Shown: one piece after another, positions 1 to 7,960 of the stretch
Layout of the letters: each line of letters opens with the position of its first letter
Position numbering within the stretch: the first letter of the stretch is position 1
Virus record (IMG/VR): IMGVR_UViG_3300013947_000055
Span: 1 to 52,072 of that record
DNA: 52,072 bases
Strand: one strand, 5' to 3'
Source of the DNA: a virus
Notes under the pieces: model-generated
Database searches by the model: none
The model's input: only the letters and a program-made list of their open reading frames with translations
What the model was told of the DNA's origin: nothing
Made by a program: the position numbers and the translations under genes

Positions 1-77
1 ATGGGCAAGCGCAGCCTGAAGGAAAAGAACTGAAAAATCACGAAAAGGTGCGATAGGGGTAGCTCCCAACAAGGAGC
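1..77. repeat. Terminal direct repeat, copy 1 (identical to 51996..52072); contig closes into a circle
   Basis: Both ends read atgggcaagcgcagcctgaaggaaaagaactgaaaaatcacgaaaaggtgcgataggggtagctcccaacaaggagc; bases 1..33 are the 3' end of the CDS that starts at 51369. Confidence 0.95.
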
Positions 78-126
78 ACCCCGAGCATCTTGTAGAAAAT
101 CGGAATAGAACCAAAGAATTCCAGAT

Positions 127-155
127 TTTACATTCCCGAATCTTTGGAGCATAAT
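127..155 (+). promoter_or_regulatory. Sigma-70-type promoter (TTTACA-N17-CATAAT) of the conserved TTTACnTTyCCGAAT family
   Basis: -35 tttaca 127..132, 17-nt spacer ttcccgaatctttggag, -10 cataat 150..155; same spacer core (TTCCGAAT) as minus-strand promoters at 23.5, 38.6 and 46.5 kb. Confidence 0.6.
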
Positions 156-185
156 TTTAACCATACTGAGAAAGGAGATTTTCGT

Positions 186-767
186 ATGCTTTACGATCTC
201 AACACCGAGCAGGAGCGGAAAGACTTCCTCCTGGAGCTGTTGGAAAAGTCCCATGTCCCCGTGCAGACCTTCCCTTATTATTGGCTATGCTCTACAGACT
301 TCTTCAGAGCGCCCGCATCCCGTAAGTACCACGCCGCTTACGAGGGTGGTCTCTTTGAGCACAGCATGAATGTGGCAAGGCAGCTCGTACAGATGACCTT
401 GGCTGGACTTACCTCACCATGGGGTAGACCCGAAAGCCCAGTGATCATTGGTGTGCTGCATGATGTCACCAAGATTGGTCTGTATGCTCCTGGACGCGGC
501 GTCAATCCTGACACTGGCGAGCAAGAGCTATACGTCAAGAACCCTGAGTACAAGACCTATGGCGGGCACGGAGCTGATTCTGTACTCAAGCTCAAGGAGA
601 TCATGATGCTTACCCCTGAAGAGGAGGCCTGTATCCGCTACCACATGGGAGCCTATGAAACAGCAGACTGGGAGGCCTATGGCAATGCTATCAAGCAGTT
701 CCCGAACGTCCTCTGGACGCATACGGCGGATATGTATGCCGCCAAGGTGATGGAGGCGAATGTATAA
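186..767 (+). CDS. HD-domain phosphohydrolase
   Basis: RBS aaaggag (171..177) before ATG 186; the ORF-track TTG start at 144 lies inside the promoter. Motifs KYHAAYEGGLFEHS and GVLHDVTK match the H...HD metal site of HD hydrolases. Confidence 0.6.
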   Translation: MLYDLNTEQERKDFLLELLEKSHVPVQTFPYYWLCSTDFFRAPASRKYHAAYEGGLFEHSMNVARQLVQMTLAGLTSPWGRPESPVIIGVLHDVTKIGLYAPGRGVNPDTGEQELYVKNPEYKTYGGHGADSVLKLKEIMMLTPEEEACIRYHMGAYETADWEAYGNAIKQFPNVLWTHTADMYAAKVMEANV

Positions 768-1459
768 TGTCTTACTACTACCATCCGGACAGCGTCCGCT
801 ACATTAACAAGCGTATGCGCAGCATTACCAACCTGATCCTCATCATTACTGCTGGCCTGTTGGGTTTTATCGTCGGCTGCTACATAACAATCAGTGCACA
901 GTTCCAGACCCTTCAGCAGGAGGTGGAGGAAGTCCTTCAGACGTCCTCTGAAGTCCTTCAGGAGACACGGGAGCTTCAGCAGGAACTTATGTACCCAGCC
1001 GAGCAAACTGACGTCCTCGAGGACGAGATCGTCATCGAAGAGTCCCTCGTGTTCAACGACCCCGTGTATGACCAGCCCGCTACCATCCCCGACCTCGGCT
1101 GGGACTGGGACTACGTGCTGGGAGTGGTGGCTCAGGAGTGCTGGGGCGAACCTTATGACGGTCAGATGGCTGTGGCTCAGTGCATTCTGGACACGGCGCA
1201 GCTCCGTAACATGACCCCTGAAGAGGTTGTCAAGCTCCCCGGGAGATACGCTTCCCCTCTCGATTATGACAAGGCTAAGTCCGCTGTAGAGGATGCCTGT
1301 ATTGCCGTCTTCATCCTGGGAGAGAGGATCACCCCCGAACCTATCGAGTACTTTTACTCTACGGCTGGAGGCAAGTACTCTCACTGGCATGAGACTGACC
1401 TCACTCATGTGATGACCATCGGTAATCACAAGTTCTTTAAGACTAAGGAGGCTTTATGA
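767..1459 (+). CDS. Membrane-anchored SleB/CwlJ-like cell-wall hydrolase
   Basis: TAATG overlap with upstream gene; N-terminal TM helix ITNLILIITAGLLGFIVGCYITI; acidic coiled-coil linker; GVVAQECWGEPYDGQMAVAQCILDT resembles the Hydrolase_2 (SleB) core. Confidence 0.5.
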   Translation: MSYYYHPDSVRYINKRMRSITNLILIITAGLLGFIVGCYITISAQFQTLQQEVEEVLQTSSEVLQETRELQQELMYPAEQTDVLEDEIVIEESLVFNDPVYDQPATIPDLGWDWDYVLGVVAQECWGEPYDGQMAVAQCILDTAQLRNMTPEEVVKLPGRYASPLDYDKAKSAVEDACIAVFILGERITPEPIEYFYSTAGGKYSHWHETDLTHVMTIGNHKFFKTKEAL

Positions 1460-2466
1460 AGACCAAGCCGAACGATACCCCCTATTGTGGCGTAAACCAG
1501 TTCAAGATCCACGGTGCTCATCCCAAAGTCAACAACACCAACCTGAGAATCCTGTACAACTACATTCAGCGCCGCTATCAGGTTCACCTTCGTAAGGACG
1601 TGCTCAAGTTATCTGCACCATGGACGTCCGATACCATCCTTGCAGAGTATAGGTTCACCAACGTCCGGCGTGAGCACGACAGAGAGACCAGATGGCTTAT
1701 TGAGCACATCACCTCCAACAGAAAGCTGTCCTACGTAGACAAGATCTACAACTGTGTCCTATTCCGGCTGTATAACAAGCACCAGACTGCAGAACTACTT
1801 GGCTTACCTATCAAGTTCTCTGACGGCAACTTCGACCCTGAGAATTATGATGGTGTCTGGCAGGATGCCTTGGACGAGGATCCCAAACGAGTCTTCTTTA
1901 CGGGCGCATTCATGACCTCTGGTATGAAGCGCGTTCTCAGTCAGTACGTGCCAGAGGATCTGGGCGGGGACATTGCAGAAATGCGTCCCCTCTGGTTTAT
2001 GAAGTACCTTACCGAGCGCAACTTTGCGGGTATGTTGTCCTTCTGTGCTGATCAGAGCGAGGCCTATGAGCAGATCGCCGCTTACAATGGTATCGGCCGA
2101 TTCCTGGCCTACCAGATCTTTGTGGACTTTACCTACATAGAGGACTTCCCATACTCGGAGAATGAGTTCACGGTAGCCGGTATTGGCTGCAAGCGTGGTA
2201 TCAAGTATCTGTTTACCGATAGGGATCACCTGAATTACGAGGAGTGCCTGTTCTGGCTGCGAGACAACCTCGAAGACCTGTTTGCTAAACACCTTGGCAA
2301 GGACTTTGACCCTAAGACCCTCTTCTGGGATCTCCCTGAGGAAGACCGTTACATGAACGTCATGAGTCTGGAGAACTGTATGTGTGAGCTGTCCAAGTAC
2401 CTCAAGCTGATGCACGGTACAGGGCGTCCCCGTAAAAAGTACGTTCCCAGCGAGGAGGATTTATGA
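1456..2466 (+). CDS. aGPT-Pplase-like DNA base hypermodification protein (alpha-glutamyl/putrescinyl thymine pyrophosphorylase family)
   Basis: ATGA overlap with upstream gene; APWTSDTILAEYRFTNVRREHDRETRW matches my recollection of the family N-terminal signature (PWT-D-IL-YRF-NV-RE-DR-T). Confidence 0.5.
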   Translation: MKTKPNDTPYCGVNQFKIHGAHPKVNNTNLRILYNYIQRRYQVHLRKDVLKLSAPWTSDTILAEYRFTNVRREHDRETRWLIEHITSNRKLSYVDKIYNCVLFRLYNKHQTAELLGLPIKFSDGNFDPENYDGVWQDALDEDPKRVFFTGAFMTSGMKRVLSQYVPEDLGGDIAEMRPLWFMKYLTERNFAGMLSFCADQSEAYEQIAAYNGIGRFLAYQIFVDFTYIEDFPYSENEFTVAGIGCKRGIKYLFTDRDHLNYEECLFWLRDNLEDLFAKHLGKDFDPKTLFWDLPEEDRYMNVMSLENCMCELSKYLKLMHGTGRPRKKYVPSEEDL

Positions 2467-3275
2467 TCCCTGTATTTGTACCATCTTACCGGCGTCCTGA
2501 CGCCAAGTTCCTGCGGCGCAGCATGAACCAGAAGTTCCCGCTCTATGTCTTTGTCCGCAAGGAGGAGAAGGAAGCCTACTCCTGGATCAAAGCCAGACCC
2601 AACACCACCCTCGTCCTCATATCCAACGTGTCCAACATAGGTGAGACTCGCAGGGTCATGTTCAACTATGCAGTACACAAGGGCTTCGACAAGATCATCA
2701 TGCTCGACGATGACGTTACCCGACTTGACCTCTCCATGGTTGACCCAAAGTCCGGGAAGGTCAAGGCCTCCGGCAATGTCATCGGTTATGTGGAGGATTG
2801 GCATAAGGTGCTGCTGTGTTGGGAGGCAATCTGGACTGACGAAGCTATGCTGGGTGCAAGTTACCGTCCCTTTAGCTGGTCTCTTACCGAGGATGAGATC
2901 CCTATCCTCCGCAGATCCCAGCTCCAACAGGCTGTGGGGATCAACGTCAAGGCCATCCACAAGGCCGGTCTGAATTACCAGAGTAACGACCTTGTAGGCA
3001 ATGAAGATCTCTTCCTTCAGTTGGAGTGTTACCAGAAGGGACTGGAATGTGTCAAAACTAATGCAATCCAGTATGACTGTCCGGCCATGGGCGCGGGAAC
3101 AGGCGGTTGCAATGCGTCCGAGCTCGGCTCTATTCAGCAGAAGCAGCACAAGAGAGTAGCTCAGTTCGTGTTGGCCTGTAAGGATCCTACCCTTATCAAG
3201 ATCGCTAAGACTCGGTCAGGTGTGGAATCCGTCAAGTTCAACTGGAAAGCAATCAAATTCATCATGGAGGACTAA
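2463..3275 (+). CDS. GT-A-fold glycosyltransferase-like protein (TET/JBP-associated glycosyltransferase-like)
   Basis: ATGA overlap with upstream gene; N-terminal beta-strand IPVFVPSYRRP, DxD-type motif IIMLDDDV, later GNEDLF acidic motif. Confidence 0.45.
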   Translation: MIPVFVPSYRRPDAKFLRRSMNQKFPLYVFVRKEEKEAYSWIKARPNTTLVLISNVSNIGETRRVMFNYAVHKGFDKIIMLDDDVTRLDLSMVDPKSGKVKASGNVIGYVEDWHKVLLCWEAIWTDEAMLGASYRPFSWSLTEDEIPILRRSQLQQAVGINVKAIHKAGLNYQSNDLVGNEDLFLQLECYQKGLECVKTNAIQYDCPAMGAGTGGCNASELGSIQQKQHKRVAQFVLACKDPTLIKIAKTRSGVESVKFNWKAIKFIMED

Positions 3276-3278
3276 GAA

Positions 3279-3761
3279 ATGAATACTGACAAGCAATGGC
3301 TTGATATGGCATATAAGTACGCTATCGCTCACTCAGGTTGCCAGAAGGTCTCAGTAGGGTGTGTCATTACCAAGGGAGTCAACGGTACTGAAACTACTGC
3401 CAGTATGGGCGCAAACCGTACTCTTCCGCAGAACTGCAAGCTCATGGGATGCTGGCGTAAACAGATCCATGGGAATGACAGTAAAGCTCACCGTGGACCG
3501 GCTGATTGCATGGCTCTACACAGTGAGATCGACGCTTTAGCTATGGCAGCTCGTAACGGTGTGAGAGTGTTTGGCTCCACGGTCTATGTGACCCGCTACC
3601 CATGTGAGGCCTGTGCCCGAGCTCTCTGTGCTGCTGGAGTGGCTGAGGTCATTTATGGCGGTACAGCCGAGATCTCTATCATGACTGAACACATTTTCCG
3701 CAGCAACTGTGTAAAAGTACGTCACATCACCGACTGGATGGACGACAACTCTGACCGTTAA
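3279..3761 (+). CDS. dCMP/cytidine deaminase-family zinc enzyme
   Basis: RBS ggagg; HSEIDAL (H-x-E) and PCEACARAL (PCxxC) zinc/catalytic motifs; 160 aa. Confidence 0.8.
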   Translation: MNTDKQWLDMAYKYAIAHSGCQKVSVGCVITKGVNGTETTASMGANRTLPQNCKLMGCWRKQIHGNDSKAHRGPADCMALHSEIDALAMAARNGVRVFGSTVYVTRYPCEACARALCAAGVAEVIYGGTAEISIMTEHIFRSNCVKVRHITDWMDDNSDR

Positions 3762-3771
3762 GGAGACCTAT

Positions 3772-4350
3772 ATGAGTCACACAAAATACCTTACCAGCAC
3801 GCATCTCCAGATCCTAAAGAAAGCCCGTGACACCTACGGTGAGACCAACCAGATTCTGGTCTCCTGTGAAGAGCTGACTGAGCTTGCAGCCGTATGTGCC
3901 AAGTATCCCCGCTACACTGACCATGAGAAAGCTCACAACGACTTGTACGTCAAGGCACTGGATGAGGTCGCTGACGTGCTCATTGTCCTTGACCATGTGA
4001 TCAACATTTTTGACATCAAGCCCTATGACCTTCAGCAGCGCATCCATGGCAAGGTGAGCCGTCTTGAGCACTGGATGAACACATCTTCCAGCATGGAGCA
4101 GACCACCGTCGACAGAGAGGTTCCTGGACAGACTTCCCTTGAGGACTACAAGTGCCAGTCTTGTGTGTTTAAGAGCACTCCCGACTACATCTTCCCCTGT
4201 TCAGACTGCCACAACTTTGATCGCTACGTGAAAGCTACCCCGTGTGTAGGTTGTGCTCACAACGGTGACTATAAGCAGCTCAAAGAGGGCGGCGCTTGCG
4301 CTGAGTGCGTGAAAGATCCCGGCTGCAGATTCGTTAAAAAGGAGAACTAA
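3772..4350 (+). CDS. MazG-like all-alpha NTP pyrophosphohydrolase fused to a Cys-rich (multi-CxxC) C-terminal domain
   Basis: RBS aaggag; CEELTELAAV (EExxE) and LDEVADVLIVL (E..AD) motifs; C-terminus CQSC..CSDC..CVGC..CAEC. Confidence 0.6.
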   Translation: MSHTKYLTSTHLQILKKARDTYGETNQILVSCEELTELAAVCAKYPRYTDHEKAHNDLYVKALDEVADVLIVLDHVINIFDIKPYDLQQRIHGKVSRLEHWMNTSSSMEQTTVDREVPGQTSLEDYKCQSCVFKSTPDYIFPCSDCHNFDRYVKATPCVGCAHNGDYKQLKEGGACAECVKDPGCRFVKKEN

Positions 4351-4353
4351 TAC

Positions 4354-6282
4354 ATGAAACTGAGTGAGTTTGATGCCCTTGTAGGTCAAGATAGTTACGT
4401 CCGCTGCATGGGCAAGAAGCGCCTTGATACTGCCATCGTGAATCAGGCCGCTGCTGATGCTCACATTTTCTCTGGTGGACAGATCGGCTGGTGGGTCAGG
4501 ACAGGGTACATAATTGTTGACATCGATGAGGGTAAGGCTCAAGCCCTTAAGATGATCAAACGCCTTGGTCTGAAGACCCTCATGGCTAAGACCCCGAAAG
4601 GGCTGCACTTGTACTTCAAGTGTGACAAAGACTACCCTCAGAAGGTCGGCATGATTCTCCCATGTGGTCTTAAGTGTGACTTCCGTTGTGCTAACAAGGG
4701 CTACGTCATCTTACCGTTCGGGTCTGAGAACCGTTCCTTTAACAAGTGCAGAGAGATAGCAGAGCTGTCCCCTGAGTGGACTCCTATGGTCAATCGTAAG
4801 GAGACTCTCCTTGGTCTTAAGGATGGTGATGGGCGCAATGCTACCCTCTTTGCTCACCTCATGGCCTATAAGAACAGGGGAGCTTCTGACCAGCAGATTG
4901 ATGAGATGGCTCACGCTATCAATGACATCATCTTCAGTGAGCCTATGGCTGACTCTGAGCTTGAGAAGATCATTGAGAACACCAAACGCTATGAGGCAGC
5001 TCATGAATTTGATAACCCCTATCTTATCTACAACAGCAAAGGTGTTCCCAACAGTGTCAACTACCGTGCCATCTGTGACTACTTTGTCAACCGTGGTGAC
5101 ATCTTTGTTCTGGGTGGTGAGTGCTACCTTTACAGAGAAGGTATTTACGCCGAGGCGAGTAGTTATGTACGCAATGCCATCAAGGACATGATTGTCGTAG
5201 ACCACCTTATCACACAGACCAGAATTATGGAGGCCTACCGCCTTATCTGTGACGACGTGCGCTTACAGCGGCTTCCCAGTCAGCTCAACCAGGACAAGAA
5301 CCTTATCAACTTTCAGAACGGGGTATGGGACATCGAGGCTCACAAGCTGTTGCCTCATGACAGCAAGTACCTCCAGACCCTACAGATCCCTCATGAAGTC
5401 GGCGAGTATGTACCCTTTAAGCAGACTCGGCTCTATGACTTCTTTAAGAAAACTAAACTCCCTACCGAAGACATCAAGATGCTCCTCAAGTATATGGCAT
5501 ACTGCATGACTCTTGACTACGGTCTTAAGACGTTCATGATCCTCTGTGGTCAGTCAAATACAGGTAAGTCAGTCCTGATCCGCTTCTTTGAGACCCTTGT
5601 AGGAAGACAGAATGTGTCCTCTTTGAGTATGCATGAGCTCAATATGCGGTTCTATCCGGCGCAGCTCTATAACCGGCTGCTAAACTCCTGTGCAGATAAC
5701 TCGTCCTTACCTCTGTCTTCTATTGAAAACCTTAAGAAGATCACCGGCGGTGACCAGATCATGCACGAGCGCAAGGGTAAAGAGCCGTTCTTCTTCGTAC
5801 CGTTCTGTAAGCTTATCTTCTCCTTTAACCAGCTTCCGCTCCAGTTGGAGGAAAAGTCCAACGCATTCTATAAGCGCATGAGGATCCTGTTTATGAACAC
5901 GGAGCTGTTCTTGAACAATGACTACGTGAATGACCTGTGCAGCGAAGAGGGTGTGTCCGAGGTCATTCCTTACCTGTTGTCCCTGTTACCGGTCAAGGAG
6001 ATTCCTCGTACCAGCCTGAGCGACAAGTACGTGGAGTCCCTCCGTCAGGATAGTGATAGCATCCACGCATTCCTCGCCAAGCACTGTGAAATGGATAGTG
6101 ACCTTACCGTCGAGAAGAACGCTTTGTATGAGTCCTATTGCCGGTTCTGTATCGATACCGGTCGAGAGTCTCACAAGAAGCATGCTTTTATGCGCAACAT
6201 ACGTGCTCAGGGCTTTAGAGAGATCCGTGACAGCAAGACCAGAGATTACCTCTGGGCAGGACTTGGACTTAAAGGGCGGTGA
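4354..6282 (+). CDS. Bifunctional primase-polymerase / D5-P4-type SF3 helicase
   Basis: N-terminal prim-pol motifs (IIVDIDEG, KGLHLYF); Walker A CGQSNTGKS in the C-terminal half; 642 aa. Confidence 0.85.
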   Translation: MKLSEFDALVGQDSYVRCMGKKRLDTAIVNQAAADAHIFSGGQIGWWVRTGYIIVDIDEGKAQALKMIKRLGLKTLMAKTPKGLHLYFKCDKDYPQKVGMILPCGLKCDFRCANKGYVILPFGSENRSFNKCREIAELSPEWTPMVNRKETLLGLKDGDGRNATLFAHLMAYKNRGASDQQIDEMAHAINDIIFSEPMADSELEKIIENTKRYEAAHEFDNPYLIYNSKGVPNSVNYRAICDYFVNRGDIFVLGGECYLYREGIYAEASSYVRNAIKDMIVVDHLITQTRIMEAYRLICDDVRLQRLPSQLNQDKNLINFQNGVWDIEAHKLLPHDSKYLQTLQIPHEVGEYVPFKQTRLYDFFKKTKLPTEDIKMLLKYMAYCMTLDYGLKTFMILCGQSNTGKSVLIRFFETLVGRQNVSSLSMHELNMRFYPAQLYNRLLNSCADNSSLPLSSIENLKKITGGDQIMHERKGKEPFFFVPFCKLIFSFNQLPLQLEEKSNAFYKRMRILFMNTELFLNNDYVNDLCSEEGVSEVIPYLLSLLPVKEIPRTSLSDKYVESLRQDSDSIHAFLAKHCEMDSDLTVEKNALYESYCRFCIDTGRESHKKHAFMRNIRAQGFREIRDSKTRDYLWAGLGLKGR

Positions 6283-6288
6283 TCCCCT

Positions 6289-6501
6289 ATGGTATACAAA
6301 GAAGTCAATATGCAGCCTATCCCCGGCTTTGGTGGTAAGTACCTTATCTGCAAGGAAGGAATCGTGGTCAACAACAGGGGTCACCTGATCAAGGGTATTG
6401 AAACTATGCAGGGTACATCTGTGGAGCTTTACCACCTTGGTCAGAGGGAGATTATCCCCATCAAGACCCTGTTAGAAAGGACGTTCCATGACAATACATG
6501 A
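6289..6501 (+). CDS. NUMOD4-motif protein (probable homing-endonuclease remnant)
   Basis: IPGFGGKYLICKEGIVVNNRGHLIKG resembles the NUMOD4 motif at the N-termini of HNH/GIY-YIG homing endonucleases; only 70 aa, no nuclease domain. Confidence 0.45.
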   Translation: MVYKEVNMQPIPGFGGKYLICKEGIVVNNRGHLIKGIETMQGTSVELYHLGQREIIPIKTLLERTFHDNT

Positions 6502-6817
6502 TATGTATGAGCTCGTCATCCACCTGATGAAGAAGCAACTCAAGGAGAATCCTGGGAAAACCTACAAGAACAGGAACGGCGAGCGTGTGACCCTTGACGA
6601 GGTCATTCAGCAGTTTACCCTCCTGTCTAACTGGGTATACCCGTCCTTTACCACGGATGATGTGGCTAAGATAGTTCGCTGCAAGAAGTGCAAGCATTAC
6701 AAGAGGTACAAGAAGAAAGGCGTCATAAAGGCAAGGGTCATTCATGCCTGTGAGCTTGACAAGAAGCCCCGTGACCCTGAGTTCTTCTGTGGAGATGGCG
6801 ATGAGGTGATTCTATGA
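6488..6817 (+). CDS. Hypothetical Cys-rich protein
   Basis: Overlapping operon arrangement; RCKKCKHYKRY...HACEL...FFCGDGDE zinc-ribbon-like pattern shared with 50602..50850. Confidence 0.55.
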   Translation: MTIHDMYELVIHLMKKQLKENPGKTYKNRNGERVTLDEVIQQFTLLSNWVYPSFTTDDVAKIVRCKKCKHYKRYKKKGVIKARVIHACELDKKPRDPEFFCGDGDEVIL

Positions 6818-7173
6818 CATCTTTGAATGAAGACAAGGGCAAGACCATCAGCGAGCTGGAGCTCACACTGAGAGCTATAAAGCATCTGCTCCGGCAAAAG
6901 GCTAAGGAAAAGCCTGATGGTGGCCTTGTGATGGCAAAAGGCAAAAAGAACGAGATCCGGCTGTCATGGTCTGACATGGTCGACGTAGTTGACAGTCTTG
7001 AGTCAAAGCTCGGTATGGAGGGCTGCTTCAGTCAGGGTATTTGCAAGACTTGTAAGAGCTTCAATACTCGAGTAACTGCTGGAGGCTTCTGGGGACAGTG
7101 TGGTACAGTTATGCACCATGAGTATGACTCCTGTCCCAGACATTCTAAGAAGGGAGGCGGATTTGGCCTATGA
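6814..7173 (+). CDS. Hypothetical Cys-rich protein
   Basis: ATGA overlap with upstream ORF; ICKTCKSFN...GQCG...DSCPRH pattern. Confidence 0.55.
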   Translation: MTSLNEDKGKTISELELTLRAIKHLLRQKAKEKPDGGLVMAKGKKNEIRLSWSDMVDVVDSLESKLGMEGCFSQGICKTCKSFNTRVTAGGFWGQCGTVMHHEYDSCPRHSKKGGGFGL

Positions 7174-7580
7174 ACAGACGAGAGCGCAGAGCACTGGAGC
7201 GTCAGGGTAAGCTCCCAAAAGCTGAGCCTGTGTACAGCATGAAGCCCTCTGATATGAAGAAGTCTATGCTGTCTGGCATTGCCAAGACTGCTCTCAGAGA
7301 GGAGATCAATAAGCAGTGCCTTGAGGCAAGCAAGGGTCTGACCCTTGATATGGACGCTATGTACCTGTGGGCACTACACGTCCGGCACGGCTGGGGAGCT
7401 AAACGCCTATACCAGTTTTACAGGGATGTCTTTGAGGAGCACAAGACCATGCGGGAGTTCTACGAGATGGAGGATACCTACCCTGAGCGACAGAAACTCA
7501 AGGACATAGGTGTGGATCTGGAAGTCTGGTACGACGAGCTCTTTAATCCTGACGGGACATACAAGGAGGAAGAAGCATGA
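7170..7580 (+). CDS. Hypothetical protein
   Basis: ATGA overlap at both ends, codon usage like neighbours; no motif recognised. Confidence 0.55.
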   Translation: MNRRERRALERQGKLPKAEPVYSMKPSDMKKSMLSGIAKTALREEINKQCLEASKGLTLDMDAMYLWALHVRHGWGAKRLYQFYRDVFEEHKTMREFYEMEDTYPERQKLKDIGVDLEVWYDELFNPDGTYKEEEA

Positions 7581-7960
7581 ACAGAGTACCAGAAACTGCA
7601 AACACCTATGGTGTCTGTTGGTACTGTGGGAATACTGAAGGTCCGTTTGAGGTAGATCATGTATTCCCAAAGAGTTTAAGAAAAGACAATAGAAGGACTA
7701 ATCTGGTATGTTCCTGTAGAAAATGTAACAGAGAAAAGGGAGATAAAGCTCTGAGCTTTTTAGACCTGGAAGGAGAACCAGGATGGAGAGATCCCGATGT
7801 TATTGAGCAAGTTATAGATACCTATGCTCGTTTCTGTAGTGCTTTTGAGGAGGCACTTCCAGAAAAGTATGCTTCCTGGATCAAAAATCCCTTTGAGTCT
7901 TCTCATGTAAAATCTTTTAAGGAGGAACTTTCTCATGAGCTACCAGTTTGCCACGATTGA
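7577..7960 (+). CDS. Free-standing HNH endonuclease
   Basis: CWYCGNTEGPFEVDHVFPKS...NLVCSCRKCNREKGDK = classic HNH (CxxC...DH...N...CxxCN). Confidence 0.85.
   Translation: MNRVPETANTYGVCWYCGNTEGPFEVDHVFPKSLRKDNRRTNLVCSCRKCNREKGDKALSFLDLEGEPGWRDPDVIEQVIDTYARFCSAFEEALPEKYASWIKNPFESSHVKSFKEELSHELPVCHD

Noticed and set aside
1-77. A biological direct terminal repeat (a T7-like physical end)
   Set aside because: The repeat cuts through a coding sequence and has the look of an assembler k-mer overlap. A circular or permuted genome is more likely, but this needs read-level confirmation.
144-185. TTG start at 144 for the HD-domain gene, as in the ORF track
   Set aside because: It lies inside the predicted promoter spacer and -10 (127..155). 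ATG 186 has a proper aaaggag RBS.
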